DNA from: Candidatus Bathyarchaeota archaeon
GTDB lineage: Archaea > Thermoproteota > Bathyarchaeia > TCS64
Length of the DNA: 64,000 nucleotides
Assembly (NCBI GenBank): GCA_043826455.1
Contig: JBDRQD010000048.1
Coordinates: 192,001 to 256,000 of the forward strand
Direction: 5' to 3'
The position numbers were made by a program, and so were the translations under genes. The notes beneath the pieces are model-generated. The model did no database searches and was not told where the DNA came from. It was given only the letters and a program-made list of their open reading frames with translations. Positions 27,198 through 36,885 of this stretch are shown one piece after another; the first letter of the stretch is position 1; each line of letters starts with the position of its first letter.

Positions 27198-27563
27198 ATG
27201 AGCGGCAAGCTTCTCTTCGTGTTCCAGACCGGTCCCGAGAACATGTACAATGTGCTCTGGGGCCTCCGCATGGCCAAGAATACTTGGATTCATCCATACG
27301 GGGATGAGCGCCTTGAATCCGTCAAGGTCCTGCTGTTTGGGAGAGGCGTCAGCCTCCTTAACCCCAAGCTACCTGAGACCCCGGAGTACGAGGAGAGCAT
27401 CCTCGAAATCGTGGACGCGGGCGTTGAGGTATCTGCCTGCATATCCATTGCTGAGCCTCAGGGGCTGGTGGGTGAAGCTGAAAACCTTGGAGTAAGGCTG
27501 GTGCATGCGTCTCAGTACTTGATCGATAGGGTGAACGAGGGATACACAATCATGAATTTTTAG
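27198..27563 (+). CDS. DsrE-family protein
   Basis: KVLLFGRGV, GVEVSAC, EGYTIMNF. Confidence 0.7.
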   Translation: MSGKLLFVFQTGPENMYNVLWGLRMAKNTWIHPYGDERLESVKVLLFGRGVSLLNPKLPETPEYEESILEIVDAGVEVSACISIAEPQGLVGEAENLGVRLVHASQYLIDRVNEGYTIMNF

Positions 27564-28005
27564 CGTCCCGCCAGTAAGACTTCTCCCAAGGCTCCGGGGG
27601 CCCCTCCACTACGCGGAACATGGGGTGAGGCTCCAATGTCTCAGCCTTCTGGTTCTCCTCTAACTTGGCCGGGTCACGCCTCGCAAGCCTCTCGTTGAGT
27701 ATCCTGTACTCGTACTCCAACTGACCCCACGTCAAGCGCACATGCTCCACGGCGTCCACAGGCTCAAGAATCTTGGAGAAGTCGTACCTGTAGCCCCTCC
27801 TGCGGCTCTCCCTGTGAACCTCAACCAGGTAGAAGCCCACAGCCTTCAGGGGCTCCACGTGGCCCTTGAACCTGTCCAGTTGGGGGTGGTTCCTCCACCC
27901 CCTGGTTCCACCCAGGAGCACCCTCTGAGCCAAGAGAGTCTCCCTCCAGAGGGCGCCCAACCCCTTCCAGTCCAGGTACCTGGGATGGATGGACCAGATG
28001 CGCAT
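27550..28005 (-). CDS. Pyrimidine dimer DNA glycosylase / endonuclease V family
   Basis: MRIWSIHPRYLD.KGL.ALWRE.LLAQ.VL.G.T.G..NHPQL.RF. Confidence 0.85.
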   Translation of the reverse strand: MRIWSIHPRYLDWKGLGALWRETLLAQRVLLGGTRGWRNHPQLDRFKGHVEPLKAVGFYLVEVHRESRRRGYRYDFSKILEPVDAVEHVRLTWGQLEYEYRILNERLARRDPAKLEENQKAETLEPHPMFRVVEGPPEPWEKSYWRDAKNS

Positions 28006-28014
28006 GGCCGGCGC

Positions 28015-28791
28015 CTACAGAGGGGTCTTGATCTCCTCGCCGTTCATCAGCGCGGAGACCTCTATGAGGTCCCGGAGCCCGCTGGACGCCAGCTTCCTGC
28101 CTATGACCTGCTCGATCTGGAATATGCCCGCCGGGTTCTCCATGTGGACCCTGATGCCCACGGGCTTCAAGTCGCCTCTCACCAGCTCCACCCTCTTTAT
28201 GGCGAGGGCGGAGACGCTGTGGATGTCGTTCTTTCCCCCCTTGAAGGGCTCCCTGGAGCGACCCTCAGCCATGTCCGTGCCGTCCGCCACGGTGACTATG
28301 CCCGCCTCGACGCTGAGGCACGGCACCTTGTCGTCGCTGGCGTATATGGTGTGCAGCGTCTCCGATTTCACCCTGTACATGAGCCCCGGATCCTCGCTGT
28401 ATAGGGAGGGGAGCAGCCTGTCCAGTATAGGCGCAGCCAGGTACACGCTGATAGCCTCATGCCCCACCCTGTGCACAGCGTTGCCCACGTCGTGAAGGTA
28501 TGCTCCGCAGAGCACGGCCGCCCTAGCGTCCTCGTAACTGAGGCCGCTCTGGGCCACGCTGGATGGCTCCACGGCCCTGGTTATCAGGTCAAATATCTCC
28601 AGGGCGCTCCCCGCTGTTATCCTGGCGTGGGTGGGGCCGTGGTCGTTGTAGCTGAGCCTCTGGACGGCCATCACATTGGCCATCCTCAGGAGGCTCTGGA
28701 CCTCGACGTCGTTCTCCAAGAGGCTGTAAACCCTTGAGATTTTTGGGTCGGAGAGGTGTCTGTGGATGAGCCGGTTGTTGACTGCGACCAA
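28015..28791 (-). CDS. HD-domain phosphohydrolase
   Basis: YNDHGPTH, YLHDVGN, VADGTDM. Confidence 0.85.
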   Translation of the reverse strand: MVAVNNRLIHRHLSDPKISRVYSLLENDVEVQSLLRMANVMAVQRLSYNDHGPTHARITAGSALEIFDLITRAVEPSSVAQSGLSYEDARAAVLCGAYLHDVGNAVHRVGHEAISVYLAAPILDRLLPSLYSEDPGLMYRVKSETLHTIYASDDKVPCLSVEAGIVTVADGTDMAEGRSREPFKGGKNDIHSVSALAIKRVELVRGDLKPVGIRVHMENPAGIFQIEQVIGRKLASSGLRDLIEVSALMNGEEIKTPL

Positions 28792-28827
28792 TGTTATCCT
28801 GTCTATCTTGGGGGCCGCGTCATATAA

Positions 28828-29514
28828 TCAGTTGCGTTTGGGCAGCGTGAAGGTGAAGGTGGTGCCCTCACCCAGCTCAGATACGTAACCTATGGTTCCC
28901 CCGTGGGCCTCCACGATCCTCTTTGCAGCCGGGAGGCCCAGCCCTTTACCGTTCTTCAACCTAGACATGAAGGGGACGTAGATCAACTCCCTCATGTCCT
29001 CACTGATGCCGCAGCCGGTGTCACTGATAGCCACCTCTACAATGTCACCCGCGTCCCTAATCCGGACGCCGAGCTCTCCGCCGTCTGGCATGGCGTCCAG
29101 GGCGTTCTGCATAAGCTTCTTGAAGACGAGGGCCACCTTGGTGGGGTCCATGAGGAAGCTGGGCAGTTCCTCTATCTGGGCCACCGTCTTCACGTTCTCC
29201 GGCACCTGCAGCTCAGCGGCAGCCAACTCGTAGGGCTTCACTAGGTTGGCCTCCACAAGCTTGAGCTGGTGACCCTTATAGTAGTCCCTGAAGTTGTCCA
29301 GGATGTCGGTGGTCTGCCTCAGGCTCAGCTTTATCATCTCGTAGAACAGCGGGTTCCCGGGGCTCCTCTCCAACAGGAAGAGGGCGTTCTGGATGGTCTG
29401 GAGGGGGCTCCTCAGGTCGTGGGCCAGCCCCGACGATATCTGACCCATCTCCTCTATGAGCCTCCGCTCAAACTCACCGCTATCTAAGCTATCCTTCTTG
29501 CCCTCGCACGCCAA
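28828..29514 (-). CDS. Histidine kinase (HisKA + HATPase, no sensor domain)
   Basis: LAHDLRSPL, QNALDAM, DTGCGI, GKGLGL, GEGTTF. Confidence 0.88.
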   Translation of the reverse strand: MACEGKKDSLDSGEFERRLIEEMGQISSGLAHDLRSPLQTIQNALFLLERSPGNPLFYEMIKLSLRQTTDILDNFRDYYKGHQLKLVEANLVKPYELAAAELQVPENVKTVAQIEELPSFLMDPTKVALVFKKLMQNALDAMPDGGELGVRIRDAGDIVEVAISDTGCGISEDMRELIYVPFMSRLKNGKGLGLPAAKRIVEAHGGTIGYVSELGEGTTFTFTLPKRN

Positions 29515-29582
29515 GCCTAAGGCCTCAGACAGAGTAAAACCACTGAAAGGTATTTCATTTTATGGAGTGTGGATAGCGACCA

Positions 29583-30326
29583 CTACTCCCTTCTGTAGCA
29601 TGTGGTGTGGGGGAGCCTGATCTCGGGCACTATCACCTCGGGCAGGTTCAGGTCTTTGTGGCTGGCTATGGTGGCCATGAGGTCGGCCACCGTCTCAGGC
29701 CTGAGCAGCGCCTCCTTGACGGCGTTGGGGGTGGCCTCCCACCTCATGGGGGTGTCCATGGGGGCTGGGCACACCACGTGGACGCCTACGCCGTCCTTCT
29801 GGTGCTCGCTGGCCAGGGCCTTGCTGAAGCCGACGACAGCCATCTTGCTGGCCTTGTATAGGCTTATGATGCCTCCGCCCGGGTACCAGAGGCCGGCCTG
29901 GCTGGCCACGTTGAAGATGTGGCCTCCGCCCTGCTTAATCATGTGGGGGAGCACCGCCCTGCATGTCAGGTAGATGCTCTTCATGTTTGTGTCGAAGAGG
30001 TGGTTATAGTCCTCCTCGGTGGTCTCAAGGGTGGGCTTGATGAGCCAGTCCCCCTGAGTGTTCACAAGAGTGTCGATCCTGCCGAACCTGTCCACCACAG
30101 TTTTCACCAGCCCTTCAACCTGGTCCGCCTCCGTTGCGTCGGTTGGGATAGCTAGGCCTCTCCTTCCGAGCTTCCTCACCTCGGCAGCCACCTCATCTAT
30201 CTCAGGTTTAGTGCGCGCGGCGACCGCCACATCTGCTCCCTCCTCGGCGAACTTGATGGCGGTGGCTCTCCCCAGACCGCGTCCACCACCCACAATCAAA
30301 GCTACGTGGTCCTCTAGCCTACCCAT
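29583..30326 (-). CDS. SDR-family oxidoreductase
   Basis: IVGGGRGLG, YKASK; own ATG at 30326 with a TTAAA element upstream. Confidence 0.85.
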   Translation of the reverse strand: MGRLEDHVALIVGGGRGLGRATAIKFAEEGADVAVAARTKPEIDEVAAEVRKLGRRGLAIPTDATEADQVEGLVKTVVDRFGRIDTLVNTQGDWLIKPTLETTEEDYNHLFDTNMKSIYLTCRAVLPHMIKQGGGHIFNVASQAGLWYPGGGIISLYKASKMAVVGFSKALASEHQKDGVGVHVVCPAPMDTPMRWEATPNAVKEALLRPETVADLMATIASHKDLNLPEVIVPEIRLPHTTCYRRE

Positions 30327-30968
30327 GATCCCCAAGGGGCGGCTATGTGATTTAAGATCGATGCGCGGGTCAACGAGGCTGCCTCCGCCCCCGCTGGTGC
30401 ATATCTTGATGAAGTCCACGCTCATCCTTAGCTGCTCCCTGACCGCCTTCAGGCACTCGTCCACGCCGTCCGCGATCCTCCCGTCCATGCCCCACCCGAA
30501 AGGACGGCCCTCCTTCACCCACTCCAGAGGCAGGCTGTGGGTGTCCCCGTGGCCGCCGGTCACGGACATGTAGCGGCCCGCCGCCAGTATCCTTGGCCCG
30601 TCAACTATGCCGGCGCGGACCGCATTCCTGACATGGAGCCCCACGAGGCCGCCGGTGTCCATCACCGAGGTTATCCCGGCGTCCAGGAGTTGCCTGGTCT
30701 GGACGACGGCGGCCCTTATGAGCCTGGTCTCGAAGGCCTCTCTCTGGAGGCCGGGTGTCGCCGTGTCGCTGCCTGTGAAGTGGACGTGGCAGTCTACAAG
30801 TCCCGGCATGAGGGTGCACCCTGACGCGTCGTGCACAGCCGCGCCGCTTGGAATTTTGACCTTTCCTCTGCTCCCCGCCTCCTTTATGACCCCGTTCTGG
30901 ATAAGCACAACGGGGTTCTCTATAATCCTCTCAGCGTCAATAAGTCTGCTGCCCAGAATAGCTTCCAT
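30327..30968 (-). pseudogene. N-terminal half of a metal-dependent amidohydrolase, truncated and in frame with the SDR
   Basis: MPGLVDCHVH, TGGHGD, DFIKICTSGG then abrupt loss of homology; later His/Asp ligands absent. Confidence 0.7.
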
Positions 30969-31082
30969 GGTATGGACTCGTGGTAAGCCGATTTAAAACG
31001 TTGGCACGAGGTATTTGGCCTGGGCACGCCCCCCTAACAATAATCTTTTACGATTAAATGGCTAGTAAATGTCGGGGGTTCT

Positions 31083-33284
31083 ATGAGGCTGAGGCGGGGC
31101 GCCACCGCGCTCCTTCTGTTCATTATCCTTTTAAATCCGTTACCCGTGTACGCGGGGCACTTCTTCGAGTCCAACCAGGTTGAGGACGACTCCGGGGACA
31201 CCTATAACTTCGAGAGGTGCTTCAACGAGGGTATCCTTGAGCCCCAGCCTATGGAGCTGGACATCCAAAGAGTGGAAGCCGTCGCCGTGGAAACGTTGGA
31301 CGGCTCAGGGGCCGATGAGATATATGTGGAGATCACCCTCAACATGCCGCCTCTGCCCCACATGTCCTACACCATCGAGTTCGGCCTGGACGTGGACAGG
31401 GACCCCACCACCGGAGCGTCCCAGCCCGCCGCCTTCTACAGCGGCCTCGGGGTCGACTACGACGTGGGCGTCGAGGTGCTCACGGGCGTCATCGCCTCCA
31501 CGTGGGTGGACAGGTACGAGGCCGGCTCCTGGGTTAGACTCGGCGAGACAGCTTACAAAATAGTGAATAACAAGGTCCGGATCGGTCTGCCCCTGGGCCT
31601 CATCCCCCACCCAATGGACGCCTCCGGTATAGTCTTCCTCATCAGGGACGGGGGCCTCGACATTACGCCCGGCGTGATAGCCCGGTTCCACTACACGCCC
31701 GAGGCCCGGATCACGGAGGCGCCCCCGCTGGGCGAGGGGTCAGAGTATCCTCTCGACGCCTCGGAGTCAGCGACGAGGTACGGAGGCTTCAGCCTCTACG
31801 AGTGGGACCTGGACGGCGACGGCGTCTACGACGAGTCCAGCGGCGACCCCACGTACACTGCCCTCTTCCCGAGGGACGGCGAGTACACGGTCACCGTGAG
31901 AGTGACCGACGCAGAGGGCTTCACAGGCACCCACACCCAGACGGTTACCGTCCTGAATCTGCCCCCCACCAGCCTCGAGGCCGGGTACACAGGCGAGGCC
32001 AAGGTCGGCAACACGTTGACCTTCACGGCGTCTGCCACTGACCCAGGCGGCGACCCTCTCACCTACGTGTGGGAGTTCGGGGACGACACCACCGGCGAGG
32101 GACCCGAGGTATCCCACGCCTACACGGGGGCAGGTTTCCACATAGTCATGGTGACTGTGAGTGACGACGCCGGAGCTGAGGCCACCACGGTTTTCAACGT
32201 CGAGGTGGCGCCCGCGACGACCCAGCCCACAGCTAATGGCGGAGGATCGGGGGCCCCGCCCATCGACCCGCTGCTTGTGGTCCTGATCCTCGTATTCGGC
32301 ATCGGAGGCGTCTTCATCTACAACATCATCCGGGGCAAGAAGAAGGAGGAGGAGCCCCCCAAGAAGGAGGAGAAAAAGGAGAAGGACTTCTGCGAGGAGC
32401 ACCCCGAGGTCGTAGAGGAGGAGACACACAAGTGCGACGACGCCCTCATCGACCTGGAGTCCGCCATAGGCGACGTCCAGGACAACTTCGACGAGGCCGA
32501 GCCCAGGTGGCGGAGCAACGCCAACGAGGTGGCCCGCCTGCTCGTGCAGTGGGACGGCGTAATCAGCCTGATAGCCCACTGGACCAAGTCCGAGAAGGCC
32601 CTCCAGGCGGACGCGGAGAAGGTGCAGAAGGTGGCCAGCCTCGTCAAAAACTCTGGGAGCGCGGCGAAGACGGCGTTCAAGGAGGGTGGGGAGGCCGTCA
32701 TGAAGGAGCTGGGCAAGGACATTGCCAAGGACATGGCCAAGGGCATAGCCGGCGAGCTGAGCGACACCGTGGGCACCCTCCTGGACATGGAGGACTGGGC
32801 CATCAGAGAGATAGGCCTGGGGATAGCCAAGGGCCTCACAGGCATCGACCCCAAGGGCAACGCCGTCAAGCTGAGGCAGAACTCGGAGATACTCCTCACA
32901 CAGCTCCTCAGCTGGGTGGACCACAGCGAGGCCTGGAACCTAGGTAGGAGGCCCCCCGATACCCTCCCCAGCATGATAAAAGAGGCTGAAGGGATGCTGA
33001 ACGCCTTGGACGACGCGTTGAAGAGCTTCGAGGACGCCGTCAAGGACTTCAAATGCGTGACATGCAAGATACCCGACTACCTCCAAGAGGAGATGGATGA
33101 GCTGAGGAAGAAGCTGGAGAAGTGGAAGAAGACCTTCAGCGACCTGGAGAAAGAGGTCCAGAAGAGGATCGACCAGGCCAGGGCCATGTATGGACGCAAA
33201 GACCTCTACGAGTCACCCTACGAGTACCTTCACAAGGCTGACAGAAACATCGAACGGATAGATAGGGCCCGGGAAGGGTCCTAG
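31083..33284 (+). CDS. Surface protein: signal peptide, beta domain, two PKD domains, TM helix, ~300-aa cytoplasmic helical domain
   Basis: YEWDLDGDG, YVWEFGD PKD motifs; TM LLVVLILVFGIGGVFIY followed by RGKKK. Confidence 0.8.
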   Translation: MRLRRGATALLLFIILLNPLPVYAGHFFESNQVEDDSGDTYNFERCFNEGILEPQPMELDIQRVEAVAVETLDGSGADEIYVEITLNMPPLPHMSYTIEFGLDVDRDPTTGASQPAAFYSGLGVDYDVGVEVLTGVIASTWVDRYEAGSWVRLGETAYKIVNNKVRIGLPLGLIPHPMDASGIVFLIRDGGLDITPGVIARFHYTPEARITEAPPLGEGSEYPLDASESATRYGGFSLYEWDLDGDGVYDESSGDPTYTALFPRDGEYTVTVRVTDAEGFTGTHTQTVTVLNLPPTSLEAGYTGEAKVGNTLTFTASATDPGGDPLTYVWEFGDDTTGEGPEVSHAYTGAGFHIVMVTVSDDAGAEATTVFNVEVAPATTQPTANGGGSGAPPIDPLLVVLILVFGIGGVFIYNIIRGKKKEEEPPKKEEKKEKDFCEEHPEVVEEETHKCDDALIDLESAIGDVQDNFDEAEPRWRSNANEVARLLVQWDGVISLIAHWTKSEKALQADAEKVQKVASLVKNSGSAAKTAFKEGGEAVMKELGKDIAKDMAKGIAGELSDTVGTLLDMEDWAIREIGLGIAKGLTGIDPKGNAVKLRQNSEILLTQLLSWVDHSEAWNLGRRPPDTLPSMIKEAEGMLNALDDALKSFEDAVKDFKCVTCKIPDYLQEEMDELRKKLEKWKKTFSDLEKEVQKRIDQARAMYGRKDLYESPYEYLHKADRNIERIDRAREGS

Positions 33285-33287
33285 CCG

Positions 33288-35048
33288 CTACTCGCGGACC
33301 AGGACCTTGCCGGGCAGGGCCCCCGTGTGCTTGCCCTTGCTCACCACGAGCACACCGTTCACCATGACGTGGCTGATGCCCTCAGGGTACTGGCGGGGCT
33401 CCAGCTGCGTCCCCCTGTCGGTTATCGTCTCCGGGTCCCAGACAACGAGGTCCGCGTATGCTCCGGGCTTAATGACGCCCCTGCCTGCGAGCTTGAACTT
33501 CCTGGCCGGGCTGCCCGTGATCTTTCGGACCGCCTCCTCGAGGCTCAGCACCTTTGCTTCGCGGACGGCTCTCCTCAGGTAGCAGGGGAAGCCGCCGAAG
33601 CTGTTCTGGTTGGGGTACGACGGCGGCTTGTGCCAGCTCTCCCGTTTCTCGTCCACGGCGAAGGTGTCGATGCCGATCATCATCTCCGGGTGCTTGTAGA
33701 GCTCCAGCTTCTCCCAGTCGTCGCCTCCTCGCCGCTCCACCCTGGTGTAGGGGTCGTCCATGAGGACCCTGAAGAGGGCGTCCAGCTCGTCCAAGCCTTT
33801 CTCCTTGGCTATCTGGGCCACCGTCTTCTCCCTGTACTCCTCCACCTTGCAGTCCACTATGACCCTGGCACCGGCCCACCCGGGCTCGATGTTGGGGTTC
33901 AGCCCGTAGTGCCTGCCCGCCCATATCTTGTCCTTGATCTCGTCCCTGAACTCGGCCATGCGCAGGGCCTTGGCAAGCTGCTCCGGTGAGCCGGCTACGT
34001 GGAGCCACGGGCTGAGGCTGTGCACCAGCCACGGGGTGGTGCCTATGCCGCCGGTGAGGTGGTGGGGAATCTCATCGAAGTTCACGTCCAGGCCCTCGGC
34101 CCGGGCGTCGTCTATGATCTTCAGGGTCGCGTCGACGGCCGCCTGCTGCAGAGGCCTGCTGTCGCCGGGGCGGACATCGTAGAGGACCCCCAGGTGGCTC
34201 ACCTGGACGGGCATCTTGGCCTGGCGGCCCACATCGATGGCCTCCAGGACGCCCTTGGTCTTGACGGGCGGGAACTCCCCCGGCCTCCTGGGCTTCCTGT
34301 GGCCCGTGCGGAGGCTGTGGCTGCCGTAGACTCCGCCGTACTTGGCGGCGGCCTTGGCGCAGGCAAGTATCTCAATGAAGTCGGCCCATATGCCTGGGTC
34401 GTAGTCCCTGCCCACAGTGATGCCTCGGCACCCGTCCAGCATGGCCGCCTCCGTGAGCCTGACCATCTCCTCTATCTCGTCGTCGGTGGCGTGGCGCATG
34501 AAGTCGGGGCCCATGACCAGGCTCCTGATGTCGCCGTGGCCCACCAGGGGCACATAGTTGGGGCTAAGCCCCTTCTTCTCTAGCCTGTCGAAGAACTCGC
34601 CCATGGTGTGCCAGTCTATCTCCCACCCGTAGACCTCCCTGTGGCGGAGGTTCAGTGTGTCCCTGGGTATGAGCCACTCCCGGACGTACATGCTGGGGGC
34701 CACGTCGGCGTACAGGTCGCTGAGGACCCAGGGCTGACCGATATAGTCACCGTAGGGACCTGGGCTGGTGCCGCACTGGCCCCCCACGAAGCTGGTGATG
34801 CCCTGCATTATGAAGCCCTCGGCCCTGGGGTAGTAGAGGATGCTGAGGTCGCCGTGGTTGTGGACGTCTATGAAGCCCGGGGACACCACTTTGCCCTTGG
34901 CATCCATGGTCTTCACAGCGTCCCCCGTGACGCTTCCCACGCCCACGATCTTCTCATCCTTCACGGCCACGGAACCTTTCACGGCTTGAGCCCCTGTGCC
35001 GTCGACGATCAACGCGTTCCTTACCAGAACATCGTATTCTTCAGTCAT
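33288..35048 (-). CDS. N-acyl-D-amino-acid deacylase family amidohydrolase
   Basis: IVDGTG, PGFIDVHNH, GGQCG, LVGHG, SLEEAVRKIT, ADLVVWDP; start taken at MTEEYD. Confidence 0.85.
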   Translation of the reverse strand: MTEEYDVLVRNALIVDGTGAQAVKGSVAVKDEKIVGVGSVTGDAVKTMDAKGKVVSPGFIDVHNHGDLSILYYPRAEGFIMQGITSFVGGQCGTSPGPYGDYIGQPWVLSDLYADVAPSMYVREWLIPRDTLNLRHREVYGWEIDWHTMGEFFDRLEKKGLSPNYVPLVGHGDIRSLVMGPDFMRHATDDEIEEMVRLTEAAMLDGCRGITVGRDYDPGIWADFIEILACAKAAAKYGGVYGSHSLRTGHRKPRRPGEFPPVKTKGVLEAIDVGRQAKMPVQVSHLGVLYDVRPGDSRPLQQAAVDATLKIIDDARAEGLDVNFDEIPHHLTGGIGTTPWLVHSLSPWLHVAGSPEQLAKALRMAEFRDEIKDKIWAGRHYGLNPNIEPGWAGARVIVDCKVEEYREKTVAQIAKEKGLDELDALFRVLMDDPYTRVERRGGDDWEKLELYKHPEMMIGIDTFAVDEKRESWHKPPSYPNQNSFGGFPCYLRRAVREAKVLSLEEAVRKITGSPARKFKLAGRGVIKPGAYADLVVWDPETITDRGTQLEPRQYPEGISHVMVNGVLVVSKGKHTGALPGKVLVRE

Positions 35049-35228
35049 GGAGAGGAATAGGGTGAACCACGGTAAACCTTTTTCCACCGCGGTGGTCGCC
35101 GGGAGAAGACGCAAACAGGGTGCAGCGGAACAGATCCCCATGAGTCTCCCCTTTCACATGGTGGCCAGGGGCGAGCTCCTCTAAGCCCCTCCGATACCTT
35201 CATCACGGCCGCACCCAATACGGTACAC

Positions 35229-36017
35229 ATGTCAACGGGTGAGAGGGTGACCCTCCAGAGAGCCGCCGAGGAGGACGCCCACTGGCTGGCTGAGATATGC
35301 TCCAGGGCCTACGCTGGCCAAATAGAGCGCGGCGCGTATATCCCCGGCGGCCTGTCCCGCGTGGACAGCCCCCGGAGCCACCTCAAGTTCATGGAGTACT
35401 TCGACTACTACAGGGTCACACTGGACGGCTTCACCGTGGGCGGCCTCATGATCGCCACCAGGGGGCCCACAATGGTGGAGGTGGTCAATGTCTACGTGGA
35501 CCCGGACCACTGGAGGAATGGCATCGCATCGGCCGCCCTCAGGCAGGCTGAGGGGCTCTACCCTGACGCGGGCCTATGGGCGCTGGGCGTCCCCGATGGC
35601 AACGAGGCAGCCTCGTCGCTCGTCGAGGGAGTGGGCTACGTGAGGGTGGGCCAGGTAGCGGAGGATGGCGGGACCTTACTTGGCTGGTTCCATAAGACTG
35701 GTGCGCCTCTGAGCCTATCGCCCGTGGGGTCTCTCAGGGAGGGCATGAAGAACGTCCTGGTGGAGGGCGTCATCCTCGAGAAGGCGCACGCCAGGGCGGT
35801 GCGGGGACGCAGGCCAGGGGAGTCCCTCAGCGTCACCGAGGCGGGCCTGGGGGACGAGTCAGGTAGGGTGGTTCTCACCCTCTGGAACCAACAGATAAAG
35901 ATGATCCAGGTCGGCGACAGGGTTAGGGTTGAGAACGGTTTCGTGGGCGGTTACCGTGGGATCACACAGCTCAGCGCGGGTAAGACCGGGCGGATCGTCA
36001 AGCTTGATACGTATTAA
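35229..36017 (+). CDS. GNAT acetyltransferase fused to an SSB/RPA-type OB fold
   Basis: GNAT motif VYVDPDHWRNGIAS..N; C-terminal LREGMKNV.VEG..GDESGRVVLTLWN..GDRVRVENG. Confidence 0.8.
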   Translation: MSTGERVTLQRAAEEDAHWLAEICSRAYAGQIERGAYIPGGLSRVDSPRSHLKFMEYFDYYRVTLDGFTVGGLMIATRGPTMVEVVNVYVDPDHWRNGIASAALRQAEGLYPDAGLWALGVPDGNEAASSLVEGVGYVRVGQVAEDGGTLLGWFHKTGAPLSLSPVGSLREGMKNVLVEGVILEKAHARAVRGRRPGESLSVTEAGLGDESGRVVLTLWNQQIKMIQVGDRVRVENGFVGGYRGITQLSAGKTGRIVKLDTY

Positions 36018-36435
36018 CTGGAACAAAGGTTCCAGTCCGTTCATCGAGGTTCTTATTATATAACCTCGGCTGGGTTCCACCAGGTGGCATCGGTGAAGCG
36101 CAGCCTGGAGCACACTGTGAGGGTGATCCGTATAGAGAATAGAGGCTACGACGACGATGACGGGCTGCTCTCTCTCCCACTCCTGTCCCTCCAGGACTTC
36201 GTCTCGGAGTCCAGGAGAACTCGCGTCATACTACGCAAGTCCGGTACCACGGTAGTTGACGGCGAAGACGTTGTGCTCTAGCTCATGATCCAGCCACCCA
36301 TTATCCCCCTTTTTGGCTTTCTTCCCTGTTCAACTTGGCTGCATAGTGGCCGATGTCTAGCTAACATCATGTAAACCGTGGAGGAGTTTTTATTACAGAG
36401 GCCGCGTCAACCTCATCAAGGCGTTAGTCGGGTGG

Positions 36436-36819
36436 GTGAAGGGAATGGGCGGGGCTTCTATCGAAGGCGGTGAGCCGTGCAGGGCACGTGGCTGCAACTT
36501 GTGCTGCGTGGACACCAGGATGCCCTTATGCGGGGAGGACGTGGCCCGGCTCAGGGCCCTGGGCTTCAAGGTCAGGGACTTCGTCTACGGCTACGGGCGC
36601 AAGAGGGTCCTCAGGAACGTGGGGGGCCGTTGCTTTTTCCTGGGTGAGGAGGGATGCACGGTCTACAGCGATAGGCCTGAGGGGTGCCGCCTCTACCCGC
36701 TGGTGTACCACGAGGGCAGACGCAGAGGCGTCCTGGACTCCTACTGCCCCCACAGGAACGAGTTCACCGTGGGGGATGGGGACCGGGAGGCCCTGAGGTC
36801 GCTGATCAGGAAGCTGTAG
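36436..36819 (+). CDS. YkgJ-family Cys-cluster protein
   Basis: C..GCNLCC, CFFL, CTVY..RPEGCRLYP. Confidence 0.8.
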   Translation: MKGMGGASIEGGEPCRARGCNLCCVDTRMPLCGEDVARLRALGFKVRDFVYGYGRKRVLRNVGGRCFFLGEEGCTVYSDRPEGCRLYPLVYHEGRRRGVLDSYCPHRNEFTVGDGDREALRSLIRKL

Positions 36820-36885
36820 AGCTCCCTGCCCGGGACCATTGGTTGAACTCTTATCTATGGTTGCCCCCGGTTCTACTGTGGAACC

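Noticed and set aside
28828..29514. Sensorless histidine kinase pairing with the receiver at 50121
   Set aside because: 21 kb apart; stand-alone modules are common in archaea and nothing links them
36084..36281. 65-aa ORF after the GNAT-OB gene
   Set aside because: No motif or clear start signal; cannot support
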